64,000 bases of DNA, from positions 45,277 through 109,276 of the IMG/VR virus record IMGVR_UViG_3300012286_000299; one strand, written 5' to 3'. Below, piece by piece: positions 47,274 through 52,822 of this stretch. The position numbers and the translations under genes were made by a program. Below the pieces are notes generated by a model. That model saw nothing but the letters and a program-made list of their open reading frames with translations. It searched no databases and was not told where the DNA came from. Source of the DNA: a virus. Taxonomy: Duplodnaviria > Heunggongvirae > Uroviricota > Caudoviricetes. Every line of letters starts with the position of its first letter. Position 1 is the first letter of the stretch.

Positions 47274-47347
47274 GCCCGAGTAGCCGAATTGGTATAGGCG
47301 CTAGACTTAGGATCTAGATTTTGCGAGTTCGAGTCTCGCCTTGGGTA
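47274..47347 (+). tRNA. tRNA-Leu(TAG), short variable loop
   Basis: CTAGA-CTTAGGA-TCTAG; variable region ATTTT. Confidence 0.88.
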
Positions 47348-47352
47348 CAAAA

Positions 47353-47421
47353 TTAGAGTTAGCTTATAGTAAAGCAGTAGGATTCGGTTCCTACAGAACG
47401 GATACGAAAACCGACTCTAAT
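47353..47421 (+). pseudogene. Degenerate tRNA-Pro(CGG)-like
   Basis: TTAGAGT/ACTCTAA acceptor, 8-nt anticodon loop ATTCGGTT, degenerate T loop. Confidence 0.45.
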
Positions 47422-47426
47422 TAAAT

Positions 47427-47500
47427 GCTTCTGACGCATAAACGGTGGTGCACTTGATTTGTAACCAAGACTAGAGTCGGTTCGATCCCGATCAGAAGCT
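47427..47500 (+). tRNA. tRNA-Thr(TGT)
   Basis: CTTGA-TTTGTAA-CCAAG; GCTTCTG/CAGAAGC. Confidence 0.85.
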
Positions 47501-47581
47501 CAGGTGTGTCTCGGTACGCTCTGACGAAAGTCAACGACGAGGTCTCGGTAGACAGAACGCGTCTGATTCTACCCATAATTT

Positions 47582-47654
47582 GCGGGTGTCGTATAAAGGC
47601 TAATTATCTTTGACTTCCAATCAAATGATGAGGGTTCGATTCCCTCCATCCGCT
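47582..47654 (+). tRNA. tRNA-Gly(TCC)
   Basis: TTTGA-CTTCCAA-TCAAA; GCGGGTG/CATCCGC; T73. Confidence 0.92.
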
Positions 47655-47661
47655 CAAAACT

Positions 47662-47733
47662 GTTGCGTTAGTGAAGAGGTTAACACGTATCACTTTCTAT
47701 GATAAGGCACGGGTTCGATCCCCGTACGCAATA
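47662..47733 (+). tRNA. tRNA-Glu(TTC)
   Basis: TATCA-CTTTCTA-TGATA; unusual T at position 37. Confidence 0.75.
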
Positions 47734-47738
47734 CAAAA

Positions 47739-47811
47739 GGGTCGGTAGCATAAATGGCAAATGCGCTTGATTTGCAATCAGGAAGATTGGGTTCGAATCC
47801 CACCGTATCCA
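47739..47811 (+). tRNA. tRNA-Ala(TGC)
   Basis: CTTGA-TTTGCAA-TCAGG; G3:T70 pair; two acceptor mismatches. Confidence 0.75.
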
Positions 47812-47879
47812 CTACCCCGACAGGTGAATAGCTTAATCGACTTTACAGATTTGACAACTTGGAATAGACAGGTAATTTT

Positions 47880-47951
47880 GGTCTATTGGTGTAATGGTAA
47901 CAGTACTATCCTGTCACGGTAGTGTAGAGGGTTCGATTCCCTCATAGACCG
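47880..47951 (+). tRNA. tRNA-Asp(GTC)
   Basis: CTATC-CTGTCAC-GGTAG; GGTCTAT/ATAGACC. Confidence 0.9.
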
Positions 47952-47953
47952 CA

Positions 47954-48042
47954 AAATAAGTAGTAAGTAATTGAGATACTTCGAAATCTATTAGCAAAAT
48001 TGAAACTTCAAAAATCTTCTCAATTCAATCATTCTCTTATTT
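47954..48042 (+). ncRNA. TACTTCG-family structured RNA, copy E (no tRNA module)
   Basis: AAATAAG/CTTATTT and AATTGAGA/TCTCAATT stems; arms nearly identical to copy C. Confidence 0.7.
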
Positions 48043-48046
48043 AATT

Positions 48047-48120
48047 CGAGGCATAGTAGAGTTGGTTACAATGTCGCCCTGTCACGGCGAAGGTCACGGG
48101 TTCGAGTCCCGTTGTCTCGG
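48047..48120 (+). tRNA. tRNA-Asp(GTC), second copy
   Basis: TCGCC-CTGTCAC-GGCGA; ACGGG-TTCGAGT-CCCGT. Confidence 0.9.
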
Positions 48121-48132
48121 CAAATATTAAAT

Positions 48133-48207
48133 GGCGGGTGGATCCGGTTGGTATCGGGGATAGTCTCATAAGCTATATTAAACGTGGTTCGATTCCACGA
48201 CGTCGCA
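48133..48207 (+). tRNA. tRNA(CAT), Met or Ile2, imperfect acceptor stem
   Basis: ATAGT-CTCATAA-GCTAT; CGTGG-TTCGATT-CCACG. Confidence 0.6.
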
Positions 48208-48218
48208 ACAAATTAAAC

Positions 48219-48320
48219 GGCAATGCTCTTAGGAGAGGCGGTGTTTCATGAGCACCAAATGAAGGAGTGGAATGTTAATGAGCTCTTAAACATTCTTCGG
48301 TTCGAATCCCCTCATTGCTA
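48219..48320 (+). ncRNA. tRNA-like RNA, CAT loop with very long variable arm
   Basis: GGCAATG/CATTGCT acceptor; GGTGT-TTCATGA-GCACC; GAATGTT/AACATTC extra hairpin; weak T stem. Confidence 0.45.
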
Positions 48321-48334
48321 CAAATAAAATACAT

Positions 48335-48406
48335 AGCGGGATAGAGCAGAGGCAGCTCGTTGGGCTCATAACCCAAAGGTCGGAGGTTCGAATCCTCCTC
48401 CCGCAA
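48335..48406 (+). tRNA. Initiator tRNA-Met(CAT)
   Basis: GGG/CCC at base of anticodon stem; 1:72 mismatch. Confidence 0.88.
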
Positions 48407-48412
48407 CTAATT

Positions 48413-48486
48413 GTCCTTTTAGCTCAGTTGGTTAGAGCAGCTCGCTCATAACGAGAAGGTCACAGGTTCGAGTCCTGTATAGGACA
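48413..48486 (+). tRNA. tRNA(CAT), elongator Met or Ile2
   Basis: CTCG-CTCATAA-CGAG; canonical D and T arms. Confidence 0.88.
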
Positions 48487-48552
48487 CTAAAATTTTATCC
48501 ATTATGAGGTCAATTCCTTCGTCTCCAATGTAAGTTAGCTACTGGCTAATTT

Positions 48553-48786
48553 ATGACTCAAAATTTGAGAATTTGGAGAGTAGTTCCTACCAGTAAGACT
48601 GGTGTTCAGGCTCCCACGTTTTTTGTTGAAACAACAGAGAACGGACGAGAAGAAGCAGTAGCATCTGCAAACCGCCAAGCAAGACAGAGATCAGGTTTGG
48701 GTAAGTTTAACAATTGGAATTTCGAATTAACTAAAATGAATGTCAGAGTTGACAAACATGGAAGATATATTCGTCACCACCAATAA
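48553..48786 (+). CDS. Small basic hypothetical protein
   Basis: 77 aa ORF; phage-like start context. Confidence 0.55.
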   Translation: MTQNLRIWRVVPTSKTGVQAPTFFVETTENGREEAVASANRQARQRSGLGKFNNWNFELTKMNVRVDKHGRYIRHHQ

Positions 48787-48805
48787 GAAAGTATTTGAAG
48801 AAAGG

Positions 48806-48837
48806 TTTGGAAACCTGAGCCTTTCTTCTTATATTGA
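48806..48837 (+). promoter_or_regulatory. Promoter overlapping terminator-like hairpin
   Basis: TTTG-N20-TATATTGA within AAGAAAGG/CCTTTCTT inverted repeat. Confidence 0.6.
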
Positions 48838-48872
48838 ATAAAGAAAAATAAATAAAAACTTTTTAAAAAAAG

Positions 48873-48904
48873 TTTGGTTATGCAAAAAATATTTCGTATA
48901 TTCA
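48873..48904 (+). promoter_or_regulatory. Promoter of structured-RNA/TROVE unit
   Basis: TTTG-N20-TATATTCA. Confidence 0.8.
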
Positions 48905-48943
48905 AGCATAATAAAAAGATTAAAACGTTCATTGAAAAAAATA

Positions 48944-49076
48944 TTGTAAGTGGTAAGTAAGTAAGAGTTACTTCGTTTTTTAGCTCATCTGGTAGAGCAT
49001 AAATTTTTGGTATTTAAGGCAGCAGGTTCAACTCCTGCAAAAACTCACAGACACTCTCTTCACCATTCCCTTACAA
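48944..49076 (+). ncRNA. Y-RNA-like copy A enclosing a normal-order tRNA-Gln(TTG)-like cloverleaf (48975-49044)
   Basis: TTGTAAG/CTTACAA outer stem, GAGTTACTTCG motif, D arm GCTC..GAGC, TAAAT-TTTTGGT-ATTTA, GCAGG-TTCAACT-CCTGC. Confidence 0.7.
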
Positions 49077-49082
49077 CACATA

Positions 49083-49227
49083 TTATAAGTGGTAATAACA
49101 CGTGTTACTTCGCTCTGTTAAAGCCGTGGTCGTGGGTTCGAGCCCCACTCTGAGAAACGTAAATGTCGTCTTAGATAGCTCAGTTGGTAGAGCACGTAAA
49201 TCGACACAGTTAGTCATTCCCTTATAA
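49083..49227 (+). ncRNA. Y-RNA-like copy B with circularly permuted tRNA-Asn(GTT)-like module
   Basis: Order: anticodon hairpin, T arm, acceptor 3' TCTGAGA, loop, acceptor 5' TCTTAGA, D arm; TTATAAG/CTTATAA outer stem. Confidence 0.75.
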
Positions 49228-49235
49228 AAACATAA

Positions 49236-49315
49236 TCAAGTGGTAAGTATTTGAGATACTTCGCAAATTTTTAGGTATAATTTTCACAATCTTCTCAAAT
49301 CAATCATTCCCTTGA
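49236..49315 (+). ncRNA. Y-RNA-like copy C (no tRNA module)
   Basis: TCAAG/CTTGA and TTTGAGA/TCTCAAA stems; GAGATACTTCG motif. Confidence 0.7.
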
Positions 49316-49319
49316 CACA

Positions 49320-49466
49320 TAAAGTAGTAGTAATAGAAAGAGTTACTTCGTATATTGGTTCGATTCCAATATTTTCCGCCAAAACAGGAAAATTAGACAA
49401 ATGGTTAAGTCATCTAACTGCAAATTAGACAAAAATTGTTCACTCTTCTAAATGTTCTCTACTTAT
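49320..49466 (+). ncRNA. Y-RNA-like copy D with circularly permuted tRNA-Cys(GCA)-like module
   Basis: Order: T arm, acceptor 3' ATTTTCC-G-CCA, linker, acceptor 5' GGAAAAT, D arm, TCTAA-CTGCAAA-TTAGA. Confidence 0.78.
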
Positions 49467-49471
49467 TTATC

Positions 49472-49508
49472 AAGGGGATTAGGACGCAAAGCGACTCAAT
49501 CCCCTTTT
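49472..49508 (+). terminator. Hairpin/terminator-like element between RNA array and TROVE gene
   Basis: AAGGGGATT/AATCCCCTT stem plus short T run. Confidence 0.55.
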
Positions 49509-49551
49509 ATTTTGAATTAATACTTATTGTTTAATATAAATTTTTAAAGTT

Positions 49552-51129
49552 ATGGCAAGATACAACACAAAAGCAGTATCAAAAGTACAGACAGTAACTA
49601 ATCACCAAGGTGGTACAGGTTACGCTATCGATCCAAAATTGGAATTAATCGGTATTTTAGCAACAGGGTTAGATAACTCTTATTACGAAAAACTAACAGA
49701 TAAAGAAACTCGTTTCAAAACTCTGATTGTTGATTTAGCTAAGAAAGATCCTGAGTTCGTAGCCAAAGCATTGGTATACGCTAGAACAGTAATGGGACAA
49801 AGAACAGTTACTCACTTCGGTGCAGTAGCACTTACTCCAGCACTTTCTGGTAGAGCAGTTGCTAAAAAATTCTTCTCAAAGAGAGAGAAAAAAGTTAATA
49901 AAGGAGGTATCGTATTCAGATTGGATGATATTCTTGAAATTGTAGCATGTTACCAACACTTCAATCCAGGTAAAGCATTACCAAACTCGATGAAGAAAGG
50001 TTTCAAAACTGCATTAGAATCAGCAGATGCTTACGAATTGGCTAAATATCAAGGTAAAAATAGATCTGTGTCTCTTGTGGATGTTGTGAACTTAGTTCAC
50101 CCTACTCCAAAAGAAACAATGCAAGAAACTTTCAAACAGTTAATGAATGGAAATCTAAAACAATTCAATACTGTTGAGGATAAAAACACAAAAGCTGGAC
50201 AAGAAGTAGCTGCAAAAGTTAAGTCAGGTGAAATTACTAAAGCTCAAGCTGAAGTTGTTTTACAAGAAGCTAAAGAATCTAACTACGCTGAGTTAATCAA
50301 AACTAGAAAGATTGGATACCTAGCATTACTACGTAATTTAAGAAACATCTTAAATACTACAGGAAATGCTGAGTTAATCAAAGCAGCTTGTGAATTGTTA
50401 ACTGATGAGAAATTAATCAGACAGTCATTAGTATTTCCTCACCAAATTGATATCGCATTAGAGGTATTAGTTCTAGAGGTAGGAGCTTCTCAAGCTAGAC
50501 CATTCGTAGCAGCTTTAGATAAAGCATACGAATTAGCTATTCCAAACTTAACTGATTTATTTGCTCACGGTAGAACTGCAGTTGTATTCGATACATCAGG
50601 TTCTATGCACGGAATGGGTCAAGGAGTTAAGATCAATGGGAAAGCAATTAATAAACAATGTATGGAGAAAGCAGCCTTAATTGGTGCAACTCTTGCAAAA
50701 GGTATTGGAGCTGACTTATACCAATTCGGTACAACTTGTGAGGAAGTAAGATACAATCCAAATGATAGCATCAACACTATCAAGAGAATTGGATTATCTC
50801 AAGAAGGTAGAGTAGGTCACGGAACTAGTTTCAACTCAATCTTCGAAACATTAAGTAGATCAGGTAAGTATGATAGAATCTTTATCATCTCCGATTTACA
50901 AGGTGGAGATAGTATTGTAGGTAACAGTAGCTTTAAAAACTACAAATCTAAGTTCGGAGAACCAACAATCTACTCAATTGATATCCAAGGTTACGGGACT
51001 ACAATGTTCAAACCAGGAAACAAATTAGTACAATTGTTCGGATACTCAGCAGATATCTACGAGATGGTTAGACGTGCAGAAATGGACCCTAAAGCAATCT
51101 TAACAGCTATCAACGCTATTGAAATTTAA
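49552..51129 (+). CDS. Ro60/TROVE-domain RNA-binding protein with C-terminal vWA
   Basis: VTNHQGGTGY, DPEFVAKALVYAR, YELAKYQGK, YLALLRNLRNI, LVFPHQ, VFDTSGSM, IFIISDLQ, IDIQGYG. Confidence 0.92.
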   Translation: MARYNTKAVSKVQTVTNHQGGTGYAIDPKLELIGILATGLDNSYYEKLTDKETRFKTLIVDLAKKDPEFVAKALVYARTVMGQRTVTHFGAVALTPALSGRAVAKKFFSKREKKVNKGGIVFRLDDILEIVACYQHFNPGKALPNSMKKGFKTALESADAYELAKYQGKNRSVSLVDVVNLVHPTPKETMQETFKQLMNGNLKQFNTVEDKNTKAGQEVAAKVKSGEITKAQAEVVLQEAKESNYAELIKTRKIGYLALLRNLRNILNTTGNAELIKAACELLTDEKLIRQSLVFPHQIDIALEVLVLEVGASQARPFVAALDKAYELAIPNLTDLFAHGRTAVVFDTSGSMHGMGQGVKINGKAINKQCMEKAALIGATLAKGIGADLYQFGTTCEEVRYNPNDSINTIKRIGLSQEGRVGHGTSFNSIFETLSRSGKYDRIFIISDLQGGDSIVGNSSFKNYKSKFGEPTIYSIDIQGYGTTMFKPGNKLVQLFGYSADIYEMVRRAEMDPKAILTAINAIEI

Positions 51130-51131
51130 AA

Positions 51132-51158
51132 ATAAGGGCGATCTTCGGATCCCCTTAT
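51132..51158 (+). terminator. Hairpin after TROVE gene
   Basis: ATAAGGG-C-GATC-TTCG-GATC-CCCTTAT, UUCG tetraloop. Confidence 0.65.
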
Positions 51159-51194
51159 ATATTTATATGCACACATAAGTTCTTATATATTTTA

Positions 51195-51280
51195 TCGTAG
51201 TAAAAGCTTGGGGTACTTCGCAAATCAAAAACTTCGTGACTTCGCGTCACATACTTTATGACAAGCAATTAACCACCTCG
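51195..51280 (+). ncRNA. Possible degenerate TACTTCG-family copy F
   Basis: GTAGTAAAAGCTTGGGGTACTTCGCAAAT; GCTTG/CAAGC pairing; follows ATATTTAT motif. Confidence 0.35.
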
Positions 51281-51412
51281 TTTTTGTTACCTTGAGGACC
51301 ATTACTGGTGACAGTTTTAGGAGCATAAAAAAGGTAACCCCGCTAGGAGTTAAAGAGCAAAACCCATCTTGGGATTCTCGATTAAAATATATAAGAAATT
51401 TTTTAGAAAAAG

Positions 51413-51444
51413 CTTGCTTCGGCAGGCTTTTTTTCGTATATTTA
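51413..51444 (+). promoter_or_regulatory. Fused terminator-promoter cassette
   Basis: AAGCTTGC-TTCG-GCAGGCTT-T run-CG-TATATTTA; CTTG-N20-TATATTTA. Confidence 0.75.
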
Positions 51445-51468
51445 AGTATAAATAAAAAGATAAAGGTT

Positions 51469-51741
51469 ATGAAAGTAAAGTTATTAAAAAAGATTAGAAA
51501 AAGATATTCTATAATCCATTACCCAAACGGAATTTATTTGGGAGATCAGTTTTGGGAAGGTCCTCTTACATGTTTAGTAGATAATACTAATAAATGGAGA
51601 TTGCAAACTATGTTTGGTCAAAAAGAGGAAGGCTATAAAGCTCTATACAAACATATGATGTATTGGATTGAAAAAGATTATGGTCCACTTAAAAGTAAAA
51701 GTAGAAAAGTAACATCAGAACAACTCTGGTATAAAAAATAA
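51469..51741 (+). CDS. Hypothetical basic protein (90 aa)
   Basis: AAAGGTT-ATG just downstream of promoter; upstream extension to 51292 unlikely. Confidence 0.6.
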   Translation: MKVKLLKKIRKRYSIIHYPNGIYLGDQFWEGPLTCLVDNTNKWRLQTMFGQKEEGYKALYKHMMYWIEKDYGPLKSKSRKVTSEQLWYKK

Positions 51742-51746
51742 AAGTT

Positions 51747-52166
51747 ATGGATTTAGCAAGAGCAATATCAATAGCAGCAGTAGGATTTGAAAAAGTAATG
51801 GATAAAGGTGGACAACCTTATATCTTACATTGTCTTAGAGTAATGAATCAAATGGATACTGAAGAAGAAAAAATAGTAGCGATTTTACATGATACTGTTG
51901 AAGATGGAGTTATCACAATTGAGGAACTAATCAAAGAAAGATTCTCACAAAATGTAATTTATGCTTTGATTTTACTTACTCACGAGAAAGGAAAACCATA
52001 TGACGAATACATTAAAGGAATATCAATAGATACCTTAGCAACTAAAGTAAAATTAGCAGATTTAAAAGATAATTCTGACATTACACGATTAAAAGGTTTA
52101 ACTAAGAAAGACTTTGATAGAATGGAGAAATACCATAGATCATATGTCTATCTTTCAAAAATATAA
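51747..52166 (+). CDS. HD-domain hydrolase (RelA/SpoT-HD-like)
   Basis: DKGGQPYILHCLRV, AILHDTVED, VKLADLKDN. Confidence 0.85.
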   Translation: MDLARAISIAAVGFEKVMDKGGQPYILHCLRVMNQMDTEEEKIVAILHDTVEDGVITIEELIKERFSQNVIYALILLTHEKGKPYDEYIKGISIDTLATKVKLADLKDNSDITRLKGLTKKDFDRMEKYHRSYVYLSKI

Positions 52167-52168
52167 AA

Positions 52169-52822
52169 ATGAAAATAGTACTAGAAAATAACCAAAAACT
52201 ATTCTTTACATCAGATACACATTTTGGTCACTCAAACATTTGTAGTGCAACTACAACATGGACTGATGCCCAAGATATGACTAGAGATTTTCCTTCATTA
52301 GAAGCAATGAATGATGCTTTAGTAAATGGAATTAATAGTAAAGTAGGACAAAATGATATTTTAATTCATTTAGGTGATTGGTCATTTGGTGGGTTTGAAA
52401 ATATCCAAAAATTTAGAGATAGAATAGTTTGTAAAAACATTCACTTGATTTTAGGTAATCATGATCATCATATTATGAATGACAAAGATAATATTGCTGA
52501 CTTATTTTTATCAGTAAATCATTACGGATACATAACAGTAGTACGTCCTAATAAGAAACAAGAAAGACACGATAGATTCCGTTTTATTCTATGTCATTTT
52601 CCAATAGCGTCATGGCATGATATGAACCAAGGTGTAATTCACTTGCATGGTCACGTTCATTTACCACCACATTTAAGATTAGCTGAAGGTAAAGCAATGG
52701 ATGTTGGAGTAGATGGAAACGGTTTAGAGCCTTTATCATTAAACGAGATATTATCTATAATGAAAGATCAACCAATTAAAAAATTAGCATTACCAAAGGA
52801 TCATCATGAAAAAAGAATCTAA
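52169..52822 (+). CDS. Calcineurin-like metallophosphoesterase
   Basis: TSDTHFGH, HLGDW, LGNHD, HLHGHVH, DVGVD. Confidence 0.9.
   Translation: MKIVLENNQKLFFTSDTHFGHSNICSATTTWTDAQDMTRDFPSLEAMNDALVNGINSKVGQNDILIHLGDWSFGGFENIQKFRDRIVCKNIHLILGNHDHHIMNDKDNIADLFLSVNHYGYITVVRPNKKQERHDRFRFILCHFPIASWHDMNQGVIHLHGHVHLPPHLRLAEGKAMDVGVDGNGLEPLSLNEILSIMKDQPIKKLALPKDHHEKRI

Noticed and set aside
47521-47560. Hammerhead ribozyme core (CTGACGA)
   Set aside because: No correctly placed stem II followed by GAAA and stem III
48944-49466. CRISPR array interpretation of the repeated AAGTGGTAA...TACTTCG units
   Set aside because: Units are not identical direct repeats with uniform spacers; each has paired 5' and 3' arms with covariation and tRNA-like interiors; no cas genes in the window
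49481-49492. GGACGCAAAGC resembling part of a c-di-GMP-I riboswitch
   Set aside because: Only the short tetraloop motif is present, inside a simple hairpin; the rest of the aptamer is absent
51292-51468. N-terminal extension of the 51292 ORF
   Set aside because: Runs through the terminator-promoter cassette; the ATG at 51469 fits better
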